Shown here piece by piece: positions 19,056 to 26,811 of a DNA stretch of 64,000 nucleotides. This DNA is from a virus. The notes under the pieces were generated by a model, which made no database searches, was not told the origin of the DNA, and saw only the letters and a program-made list of their open reading frames with translations. Within the stretch, counting starts at the first letter, position 1. Each line of letters starts with the position of its first letter. The stretch lies in the IMG/VR virus record IMGVR_UViG_3300045988_160931, positions 32,001-96,000 of that record; one strand, 5' to 3'. Made by a program: the position numbers and the translations under genes.

Positions 19056-19565
19056 ATAAATTACGCTGATATTATTTATTATGACACGGGAAACGCAGAT
19101 GGTATTTCTACAGTCCTGTTTGTTTCCGGTTGCGAAGCCAAGTGTAAAGGATGCCATAATCCGCAAACATGGGATTTTAATTATGGCAGAAAATTTACAG
19201 AGAATACAACATCGGACATCATTGAATCTCTGAAGAATCCTCATATAAAGAACTTTGTTATTAGTGGCGGGGAACCATTACATAATAGAAACGCATTCTG
19301 TGTGTCTGAACTTTGTAAATTGATAAAGCGTGAAACTAATAAAACAATCATTGTATATACAGGTATGACTTTACAGGAACTGAAAGTCCAATATCCTTAT
19401 CTTTCTTGTCTTTCTTATGTCGATTATTTAATTGACGGCAGATTCGAGAAAGAAAATGTTACAGAGAAACTTGAAAAAAGAGGCAGTAAAAATCAAAAAT
19501 GCTATAAAATTAAACATTATGGTGTGACGAATGTAGCCGTAGATGTTACTGACTCATATTTTTAA
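19056..19565 (+). CDS. nrdG: anaerobic RNR activating enzyme (radical SAM), apparent AUA start
   Basis: The frame reads '(M/I)NYADIIYYDTGNADGISTVLFVSGCEAKCKGCHNPQTW...GGEPL', with CxxxCxxC. The ORF track reports only the C-terminal 87 aa because there is no ATG/GTG/TTG. SD GAAGGTGAG lies 6 nt upstream of ATA 19056, which directly follows an in-frame TAG. Confidence 0.8.
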   Translation: MNYADIIYYDTGNADGISTVLFVSGCEAKCKGCHNPQTWDFNYGRKFTENTTSDIIESLKNPHIKNFVISGGEPLHNRNAFCVSELCKLIKRETNKTIIVYTGMTLQELKVQYPYLSCLSYVDYLIDGRFEKENVTEKLEKRGSKNQKCYKIKHYGVTNVAVDVTDSYF

Positions 19566-19576
19566 TCGGAGGTTTT

Positions 19577-20218
19577 ATGAGCAAAAAGAAAGAAAAATAT
19601 GCGATTGGTAAATCGGATTTATATATACCATATGACAATAGTGTAAGTGCTTGCTTTCGCAATTGTTTGGCAAGCAACACATATTTTGAAAAGGTTTCAG
19701 AATATCAATTCAAAAAGGATTTGGCGAATAATATCCCGATTAGTTGGGATGTTAATGGTTATAATGTAACGAATGTAGATATCGAGAAATTCTACAATAA
19801 TATCAAAATCCCAGACAGAGCAACTATTGGTTCGGCTGGGTATGATTTCTTTGCTCCATTTGACTTTACACTATATAAAGATCAGTCAATTGTAATCCCG
19901 ACAGGGATTCGATGGGTTTCAAAAGACCCAATCTTCTTTCTTAGCCTTTATCCCAGAAGTGGGTTTGGCTTTAAGTTTGGTTTATCTCTTGCAAATACTG
20001 TTGGGATTATTGACAGCGATTATCATGAATCTGCAAATGAAGGGCATATCATGGTTAAATTGTCTAATGATGGTATCCATAGCAAAGATATTTCATTTAA
20101 GACCGGGGATGCTTTTTGCCAGGGTATTATTTTACCGTTTATGGTAACGGGCAACGAGAACTTTAATGCAAAGAAAAAAAGAAACGGTGGATTTGGCTCA
20201 ACAGATAAGAAGGACTAA
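19577..20218 (+). CDS. dut: dUTPase with N-terminal extension
   Basis: 'GSAGYDFFAP', 'YPRSG', 'GIIDSDY' and the C-terminal 'RNGGFGSTD' motif. Confidence 0.85.
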   Translation: MSKKKEKYAIGKSDLYIPYDNSVSACFRNCLASNTYFEKVSEYQFKKDLANNIPISWDVNGYNVTNVDIEKFYNNIKIPDRATIGSAGYDFFAPFDFTLYKDQSIVIPTGIRWVSKDPIFFLSLYPRSGFGFKFGLSLANTVGIIDSDYHESANEGHIMVKLSNDGIHSKDISFKTGDAFCQGIILPFMVTGNENFNAKKKRNGGFGSTDKKD

Positions 20219-20220
20219 TT

Positions 20221-20448
20221 ATGTTAAAATACAAAAATGAATGTGTTGGATGCGATTTACCATGTGTTGATTGCGGTAGAAAACGTATTGCTCATATGTA
20301 CTGTGATTCTTGTGGTGAAGAAGCCGATGAATTATATCACATGATTGATTCTGCTTATGACAGTCAATACATTTGTAAAAGTTGCAGAGATTCTTTGTTT
20401 GAGATATTTACGTTAGATGATTATCCATCTAGCTGTTATGAAGATTAG
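20221..20448 (+). CDS. small Cys-rich (zinc-binding) protein
   Basis: Four CxxC pairs: 'CVGC..CVDC', 'CDSC', 'CKSC'. SD GAAGGA. Confidence 0.5.
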   Translation: MLKYKNECVGCDLPCVDCGRKRIAHMYCDSCGEEADELYHMIDSAYDSQYICKSCRDSLFEIFTLDDYPSSCYED

Positions 20449-20464
20449 GTAAGGAGTGATATTA

Positions 20465-21217
20465 TTGAGCAATATAGATAATAGAGTAAGACCAAAGGTA
20501 AAACTCATAAGTCATACTCCACATCCAATTGATTTAATTGCAAAATGTGCAGCAGTCTGCTATGATAGCGAACCCAAAACGTCAACAGTAATTCATTGTG
20601 TAAAATCAGGGCATACATCTATTTTAGAACACGCCAATTTTACTTTCCAAATTGAGAATGTATCACGTTCTCTTTTAGCACAACTCACACGCCATAGAGT
20701 TGGCGTAGCATTTAGTGTAATATCTCAAAGATATGTCTCTATGGAGAATACCCCATTTGTTACTCCCAGAGCAATAAAAAGTACAACTACTACAGTTAAT
20801 GCGATAAGTATTATTCAAAATACGTTTGATAATATCAGAAATGATTATTTGGAATTGCGAGATATCGGAGTATCAAAAGAAGATGCACGTTGTATTCTCC
20901 CCAATGCTTGCTCTTGCAAGATTATAATGACAATTAATCTAAGGGCATTGTGTCATTTGTGTAATGAGAGATTATGTTCAAAAGCACAGCTTGAAATTAG
21001 AGAAATGGTTCAAAATATGAAAGGCTGTATTTTGAACCTTGAAGATATTCCAAATGATTTCAAGCAATTTATGAAAAATAAGATGCTTGTGCCAAAATGC
21101 TGCACTTATGCTGTAGAACATTGCCCAGAATCAAAGGGGTGTGGTTTAAGATTATCTGCAAATGAAATAAACCAGTATATTAAAGAAAGGAATGAGCCAA
21201 TTGAATTTGATTCATAA
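20465..21217 (+). CDS. thyX: FAD-dependent thymidylate synthase
   Basis: ThyX signature 'TRHRVGVAFSVISQRY'. TTG 20465 lies 8 nt after SD AAGGAG; the listed GTG overlaps the SD. Confidence 0.85.
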   Translation: MSNIDNRVRPKVKLISHTPHPIDLIAKCAAVCYDSEPKTSTVIHCVKSGHTSILEHANFTFQIENVSRSLLAQLTRHRVGVAFSVISQRYVSMENTPFVTPRAIKSTTTTVNAISIIQNTFDNIRNDYLELRDIGVSKEDARCILPNACSCKIIMTINLRALCHLCNERLCSKAQLEIREMVQNMKGCILNLEDIPNDFKQFMKNKMLVPKCCTYAVEHCPESKGCGLRLSANEINQYIKERNEPIEFDS

Positions 21218-22103
21218 AAAATATAAGGATATTCATAGATTAAAGACAACATATGCGAATGATTTTTCTATTGGGAATCATATCATCATTCAAGAAAAAA
21301 TTGATGGCGCTAATGCCTGCATTCGATATGACTTAGAAAACGATCAAATTATTGCTCAAAGCAGAAAGTGTATTCTTTCAGATGGGAATACACTTCGTGG
21401 GTTTTATACTTGGGCAAAATCCTTAAATACAAAACAATTCTCAATTTTAGGCAATCGATTTCTTGTTTTTGGAGAGTGGCTTGTTCCTCACTCTATAAAA
21501 TATCCAAACGAAGATTATAACAAGTTTTATGTTTTTGATGTATACGATGCTGAAAAAGAGGAGTACTTACCACAAACAAACGCTCATGATTTTGCAAATG
21601 CTCTTAATTTGCTTTATGTCCCGACATTCTATGATGGTAAGTTTACTTCGTGGGATGATATTTTAGAATATGTAGGGCAAACCGAAATGGGCGGCGAATA
21701 CGGTGAAGGTATTGTGGTAAAGAACCAAACAACATTAAATAGCCCTAAGCTTGAATTTTATGTAAAGATTGTCGGAGAAAAATTCCAAGAAACAAAAGGT
21801 AGTAATGCAAAAGCGGTAGATAAAGAAAAACTACATTCTTTAGAAGTAGACATGAACCTAGCACAAACAATTGTTACTACAGCAAGAGTAACTAAAATTC
21901 TTAATAAGCTTGTAGATGAATCTGTTCTTCCAGAAGATTGGGGGCTTGAATCTATGGGTATTGTAGCTAAAAATTTATGCAAGAGAATTGTAGAGGATTG
22001 CATTAAAGAAGAACCAGAAACAGTATCAAAAATCAATAACTTTGGGAAGATTGCAAATAAAATTGCTATGCAATATGCAAAAGAAATGGCAATGGCAAGA
22101 TAA
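21192..22103 (+). CDS. ATP-dependent RNA-ligase-family nucleotidyltransferase (RNA/DNA ligase)
   Basis: Motif I 'EKIDGAN' (KxDG), 'FGEWL', 'GEGIVVK' and 'YVKIVGEKF'. Start uncertain; the ORF overlaps the end of thyX. Confidence 0.65.
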   Translation: MSQLNLIHKKYKDIHRLKTTYANDFSIGNHIIIQEKIDGANACIRYDLENDQIIAQSRKCILSDGNTLRGFYTWAKSLNTKQFSILGNRFLVFGEWLVPHSIKYPNEDYNKFYVFDVYDAEKEEYLPQTNAHDFANALNLLYVPTFYDGKFTSWDDILEYVGQTEMGGEYGEGIVVKNQTTLNSPKLEFYVKIVGEKFQETKGSNAKAVDKEKLHSLEVDMNLAQTIVTTARVTKILNKLVDESVLPEDWGLESMGIVAKNLCKRIVEDCIKEEPETVSKINNFGKIANKIAMQYAKEMAMAR

Positions 22104-22138
22104 TATAAAGCAGTTTTGAATCAATGAATTTTGAATTC

Positions 22139-22184
22139 GAAAGAGATGTTGGTTAATCCAGCATCTCTTTCTTTGTTTTTTTTT
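22139..22184 (+). terminator. rho-independent terminator
   Basis: 14-bp stem GAAAGAGATGTTGG / CCAGCATCTCTTTC (one G-U pair), loop TTAAT, then TTTGTTTTTTTTT. Confidence 0.8.
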
Positions 22185-22281
22185 CTCAATTTCAATCCTC
22201 AATGCCAAATCGATCTTATATAATAAAATATAGATTTAACAAGAAATCCTTGTTAGGACTAGATTATTTTCTGTAGTTTGA

Positions 22282-22289
22282 TGTATAAT
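22282..22289 (+). promoter_or_regulatory. extended -10 element (TGTATAAT) upstream of the integrase gene
   Basis: TGnTATAAT match about 50 nt upstream of the int start. No good -35. Confidence 0.3.
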
Positions 22290-22337
22290 AGCTATACTTG
22301 TGACTTTTGAAGATTATAAATTGAAAGGACGTTTTAT

Positions 22338-23528
22338 ATGAGAAAAGTAGGCAGACCTCCAAAAAAGAAACCGAATAGAAAAGATGGAAGATACGAAGTT
22401 AAAGTAAAAGTCGGAGAAAGCTTTGATGGAACAAAAATAATGAAAAGCTTTTACAGTAGTAAAAGTAAAGAAGATGCCAGAATGAAAGCAGAAGATTATA
22501 TCAATGGGATAAACTCTCATTTTGATACAAGCCCTATTTATTCAGAGAAATCTTCTATCAGTTCTTTTGACGTATGGAGCCTCACTGTATTAGATATGCT
22601 AAAAGGGACAATAAAAGATAATTCCTGGGCTTTACATTATAAAAACACCATCGAAAATCATCTAATCCCTTACTTTAAGTCTAAGAAAGTATACGACATA
22701 AAACAAATTGATATCCAAATTTTCTTCAACAAGCTGAAGTCAAAGTATTCCTTAGAAACTCTCAAAAAATTCAAAATGGTTCTTAACAAAATTTTTGAAT
22801 TAGCAATCCAAAATGATATTATCATAAAGAACCCATGTGCTAATATAAAAGTAATAAGCAGCAAGAAACAAATAGAGAAACAAACGTATACAGAAGAACA
22901 ATGCGGTCTGGTTTTACAATATGCGTTAACTCACAGATATGGTTTAGATGTCATCTTAATGTTGTTATATGGGGTTACAAGATCAGAATTGCTTGGATTG
23001 CAATGGGATGATTTTGATAAAAATGAAAAAACACTTCACATTCAACATGGGGTAACAGACACGCCTAATGCTGAGACAGGAAAAACAGAAGTTATTGTTG
23101 GTGATACAAAAAACCAATTTCGGAATAGAATCATCCCTATTAGTGCAGACGTAGTTGACCTATTAAAAAATAGGAAGAAACAAGCTAAAGTAAAATCAGA
23201 ATATATTTTCTGCAATAATAAAGGCAATGTACAAAGTCCTAGAACATGGAGTAGACGGCACTATGATGTATTTATGCGTGATATGCACAATTATTATGCA
23301 GAGCAAGGAATTGAAATCCCAAAATTGCATCCGCATGAACTCCGACACACAAGAGCAACGCTGTGGGTAAATAAGGGATTAAATTTGTATGCAATTGCAA
23401 ATGTTTTAGGACATTCAGACTTGAAAATGTTAAGAAAAAGATATGCACATGAAAATGTAGAAAGCACAAGAGAAATGCTCAATATAAATGTTCATATAAA
23501 TGTGAACAAAGGGAAAGACGAATTCTGA
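22338..23528 (+). CDS. int: tyrosine integrase
   Basis: 'TRSELLGL' (Arg), 'HELRHTRAT' (HxxR) and 'GHSDLKMLRKRYAH' (His...Tyr). Adjacent to the attP-like region. Confidence 0.9.
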   Translation: MRKVGRPPKKKPNRKDGRYEVKVKVGESFDGTKIMKSFYSSKSKEDARMKAEDYINGINSHFDTSPIYSEKSSISSFDVWSLTVLDMLKGTIKDNSWALHYKNTIENHLIPYFKSKKVYDIKQIDIQIFFNKLKSKYSLETLKKFKMVLNKIFELAIQNDIIIKNPCANIKVISSKKQIEKQTYTEEQCGLVLQYALTHRYGLDVILMLLYGVTRSELLGLQWDDFDKNEKTLHIQHGVTDTPNAETGKTEVIVGDTKNQFRNRIIPISADVVDLLKNRKKQAKVKSEYIFCNNKGNVQSPRTWSRRHYDVFMRDMHNYYAEQGIEIPKLHPHELRHTRATLWVNKGLNLYAIANVLGHSDLKMLRKRYAHENVESTREMLNINVHINVNKGKDEF

Positions 23529-23534
23529 CGAATT
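23517..23534 (+). repeat. tandem GACGAATT x2 (candidate integrase arm-type sites)
   Basis: GACGAATTCTGACGAATT spans the int stop codon. Same core as the repeats at 23764-23787. Confidence 0.45.
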
Positions 23535-23650
23535 TCTACCCTAAAAAATCGTCTAATTTTAATTTATTTAGAGGATTTCAAATTTTGAAAAACAACGAAA
23601 ATACGTGATTTATTAGACTGTGCCAATGCTTTTTGGGTATAGGACACTGA

Positions 23651-23696
23651 TTTGGGGTGGTAGAGGCCGCCCGTTCAAGTCGGGTCACTCAGACCA
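23651..23696 (+). other. tRNA 3' half (anticodon loop to encoded CCA), candidate attP core; Pro-like
   Basis: T-arm GCCCG-TTCAAGT-CGGGT, 3' acceptor strand CACTCAG, discriminator A, then CCA. No complementary 5' acceptor strand (CTGAGTG) upstream, so it is only a fragment. The numbering places GGG plus G37 in the anticodon loop. Confidence 0.55.
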
Positions 23697-23703
23697 GAAA
23701 ATA

Positions 23704-23750
23704 ACACGCAGTTTCGGGAAGATTTCCGGGACTGCGTGTTTTGTTTTGTG
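23704..23750 (+). terminator. rho-independent terminator following the tRNA fragment
   Basis: Stem ACACGCAGT / ACTGCGTGT with an inner GC-rich extension, then TTTGTTTTGTG. Confidence 0.7.
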
Positions 23751-23763
23751 TGGGAAACAGCCG

Positions 23764-23787
23764 TTTGACGAACTTTTTGACGAACTT
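23764..23787 (+). repeat. perfect tandem TTTGACGAACTT x2 (candidate integrase arm-type sites)
   Basis: Two exact 12-nt units read from the sequence, on the opposite side of the tRNA-like core from the GACGAATT pair. Confidence 0.5.
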
Positions 23788-23984
23788 TTCAGAGAAAATT
23801 CAACTTGCGTCATACATATTATTGGAAATTTATTCCTCCTGTTTTTCATATTAACGGGAAAAATAGCTGAGAAATAGCATGATACACTAAATAAAAACTA
23901 TAAAAAATCTAATTAAGTGAAATTTTACAATTGATATTTTTGCTCAAAATCACGTCTGCTTTGCCGTTCATAAAAAATTTACTT

Positions 23985-24013
23985 TTGAAATAGCGTAAAT
24001 ATGTACATACTAT
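23985..24013 (+). promoter_or_regulatory. sigma-70/A-type promoter candidate (TTGAAA-17-TACTAT)
   Basis: Hexamers and the 17-nt spacer read directly from the sequence. Confidence 0.35.
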
Positions 24014-24101
24014 TGAAACGTATATTTACAATCTATATTTTATCATAATTAAGCAAGAATACTCCGGCTTCTATAAGCCGTGTAGGATGTCACCATACAA
24101 C

Positions 24102-24130
24102 TTGACTACTTTCGTAATATATGCTATAAT
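24102..24130 (+). promoter_or_regulatory. near-consensus sigma-70/A promoter (TTGACT-17-TATAAT)
   Basis: -35 at 24102-24107, 17-nt spacer, -10 at 24125-24130. Lies 45 nt upstream of a strong SD (TAAGGAGGT) and ATG 24175. Confidence 0.65.
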
Positions 24131-24174
24131 AAGGTTAAGATTACAGATTTTATTATAATATAAGGAGGTAGACA

Positions 24175-25332
24175 ATGAGTAACATAAAAGGTAATACAAA
24201 TAAACATCATAAAAAGCGAAACTTAAATACGCCAAATGCACTTATTCCAAACGTATTAAAAAGGTTACCGGGTATATTTGATAAATTGAAGATCGTACAA
24301 ACCTCTACTAACAGGGATATATTACCATTTGGCATTATTACCAACTTAATAGAAGAACAATATGGTTTACCCACAATGCAGGCGATATCAGAAACAAAAA
24401 TTGTTCAAGCTTTATTTTACTGGGGTAAAAACAAGCAAATTTACGATTTCAATGTAGACATAGCAGAAGAATTGATCGTCAGTTTTGAGAGCGCAGAATC
24501 TTTACCGATAGAAGTCTTTGATAATATGCCATATGACTGTGTTTATATGTCCGTAAATGACGATAAATTCCAAGTCTTTGCCACTAAAGATATTAGAGTT
24601 GATACCAAAAAACAGAAAACGAAGCAAATATCATTCTATTTTCCACAAAGCGATAAAATCCTGTATCTCCCATTTTCTAAGAATACGATTGCAGATTGTA
24701 TAGTAGACGATTATAATACAACCATGAATTTCTTTGATGATTACAATTATATAGAAAGTATCAAAAAAGAATATCCAGGTAAGACCATTGATGAAATACA
24801 AGAACAAGTAAAGAACTCATATAAAAAAGATTACGTCAATACGAAAAGACTACTAGAAGAGTGTGTTGCTCTATTGTTGTATTTATGCTCTCAAAATGCG
24901 GAGATTGTAGATACAAATGGGATTTCTAAAAATTATCATCGAAATGATATTACTAATAATAATGATGACGTTAAGATCGTTAGGGAAGCGAATAAAGAAA
25001 AGGGTATAGATAATTACACTCCAAAAAATCCTTCAAAACCTAAAAAAGTAGAAAAGCTAAAAGTGGGCTATAGAATCGGCAAAACCATCCATTATAATAA
25101 AACAAATCATACAGATAGCACACTCTCTAAAAATCAAAAACAGATTTCGAATAATAGCAAACCATATACAAAGAAATCTGCTCATATTCGCCGAGGTCAT
25201 TATCATCATTATTGGGCTGGAAGTAAGAAAAACGGTACACAGAAGTTAATACTAAAATGGACACCGCCCACATTTGTCAATGCTACAAATGAAAATGAAA
25301 TCATCCCAACAAAACATAAAATAAAAATGTAA
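24175..25332 (+). CDS. orphan 385-aa protein (moron candidate), basic His/Trp-rich C-terminus
   Basis: Own promoter, strong SD and own terminator. C-terminal 'AHIRRGHYHHYWAGSKKNG...LKWTPPTFV'. No family recognised. Confidence 0.7.
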   Translation: MSNIKGNTNKHHKKRNLNTPNALIPNVLKRLPGIFDKLKIVQTSTNRDILPFGIITNLIEEQYGLPTMQAISETKIVQALFYWGKNKQIYDFNVDIAEELIVSFESAESLPIEVFDNMPYDCVYMSVNDDKFQVFATKDIRVDTKKQKTKQISFYFPQSDKILYLPFSKNTIADCIVDDYNTTMNFFDDYNYIESIKKEYPGKTIDEIQEQVKNSYKKDYVNTKRLLEECVALLLYLCSQNAEIVDTNGISKNYHRNDITNNNDDVKIVREANKEKGIDNYTPKNPSKPKKVEKLKVGYRIGKTIHYNKTNHTDSTLSKNQKQISNNSKPYTKKSAHIRRGHYHHYWAGSKKNGTQKLILKWTPPTFVNATNENEIIPTKHKIKM

Positions 25333-25342
25333 ATCGTAAAAA

Positions 25343-25385
25343 ATAGGGACGTTGCAATAAAGCAATATCCCTATTTTGTTTTTTA
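25343..25385. terminator. bidirectional rho-independent terminator
   Basis: Stem ATAGGGA..TTGC / GCAA..TCCCTAT flanked by an A-run (25338-25343) and a T-run (25375-25384). Sits between convergent genes. Confidence 0.7.
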
Positions 25386-25423
25386 ATTCTTAGCTCACTT
25401 AACCAGTGATAATTAAAGTGGGA

Positions 25424-26482
25424 TTAAGAAAAGTTATCGTAGCTTACAAAACCAGTTACGTAATTACCAGCAGGGGATTTTCCACAATACTCTGCCTTAG
25501 TTGTTATTCTGTATCTTCCTAGTCCACATTGTTTTCCATCGTAAATATAGTATGTCCCAGAAATGCGCTTAGTCATTTTAGTTGTACTATCATTTGCAAA
25601 TAAAGGAGTATTAGCACGAATAGTAACCTTTTGCCCTTTTGTCCATTTGTTACTTTTCGACATTCCTACTGGGTAAACTTTCTTTCCAGTAGAATCAAAT
25701 ACAGAATATCCAGATTTACAAACTTTTTTAGCGTTTTCTAAAGATGAATAAGCACCCAACTGTGACATAGAATCGTTCCATGTTTTTCGAACACGATAGA
25801 TAGTATTATTCTTTAAGGATGTATTATTTGAAGAATTAGTTTTCACAGGTGTGGTAGTATTTGCCGCAGTTTTACTAGAATTCATATAAGACTGAACTTT
25901 TACCTTAAAAGTAGCCCAGTGAGGTAAAATATATGCCGGACACATTTTATAGTTGTTGTGCATCGTATTTAACTGGTCTACAGTGCCTTTCTTACCATCA
26001 CGAACATTCAGCCAGTGAGTATGAGTGTATAAGTGATTGATGTCAAGACCATACTTCTTCAGAAGTGCCGCTGCCAATCTTGCACAATTATCCTCAGACT
26101 TTTTATCGGCAGAATTGTATGCAGAGGACATAATGCACTCAATGGCAATAGTTCCTCTATTACCATTACCATTGCCATCGGCAGCATGCCAACCGCTTAG
26201 AGTTAAAGGCAAATTCTGCCATGCACAAGTATTGTCTACATAGTAATGGACACGCACGTCCTTCATATTGCCATTAACAGTGGCACGAGTATACTGTTCC
26301 GCAGGCGTTGTGCCACTCGCAACAGAAATCCAACCAGTATTATGAATTGTAATACCAAGTACTTTACTTGGTAAATTATAAGACGGCATACTGATTCGAT
26401 TAGGATTATGCTTTGTAAAAAGATATTCTTTTACAGTTATCCCGCCAAAATTAAAAATAGAATCTGGATTCAAAAAAGCCAT
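25424..26482 (-). CDS. endolysin: N-acetylmuramoyl-L-alanine amidase (Amidase_2/PGRP type) with C-terminal wall-binding repeats
   Basis: 'GITIHNTG', 'WHAADGNGNGNRGTIAIECI' and 'HTHW...CPAYIL'. Two C-terminal 'YRV/YRI...' repeat modules. SD AAGGAGG. Confidence 0.85.
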   Translation of the reverse strand: MAFLNPDSIFNFGGITVKEYLFTKHNPNRISMPSYNLPSKVLGITIHNTGWISVASGTTPAEQYTRATVNGNMKDVRVHYYVDNTCAWQNLPLTLSGWHAADGNGNGNRGTIAIECIMSSAYNSADKKSEDNCARLAAALLKKYGLDINHLYTHTHWLNVRDGKKGTVDQLNTMHNNYKMCPAYILPHWATFKVKVQSYMNSSKTAANTTTPVKTNSSNNTSLKNNTIYRVRKTWNDSMSQLGAYSSLENAKKVCKSGYSVFDSTGKKVYPVGMSKSNKWTKGQKVTIRANTPLFANDSTTKMTKRISGTYYIYDGKQCGLGRYRITTKAEYCGKSPAGNYVTGFVSYDNFS

Positions 26483-26484
26483 GA

Positions 26485-26775
26485 TTATTCCTCCTTACTT
26501 CCAACATCATTTGCTGTAAATATAAGCTGTTTCCCGATTTGATTTACACCTGTGGCAGCAAGCCCACTTACAATACCTACTGCAATTGAATTGATAATAT
26601 CTGTAGCTGGGAAGTCTGGAATAGTAAAAGAACCTACTACGCCTAAAATTGCACCAACTACTCCACTAATAACAGGTAACCACTTGTTATCTAACTTTGT
26701 AGCTTTTACACCAACACAAATCAGGTAACAAATAACTACAATACCTACTACACTTGTAATTCCCATAAAATCCAT
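26485..26775 (-). CDS. holin
   Basis: 96 aa with multiple TM segments and a charged C-terminus, immediately upstream of the endolysin. Confidence 0.7.
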   Translation of the reverse strand: MDFMGITSVVGIVVICYLICVGVKATKLDNKWLPVISGVVGAILGVVGSFTIPDFPATDIINSIAVGIVSGLAATGVNQIGKQLIFTANDVGSKEE

Positions 26776-26811
26776 AAAATTTTACCTACTTTCTTTTTTT
26801 GTTTATTTTAA

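Noticed and set aside
23620-23877. 85-aa + strand ORF downstream of the integrase.
   Set aside because: It runs straight through the tRNA-like fragment, a strong terminator hairpin and the tandem repeats. It has no SD and no coding-like composition.
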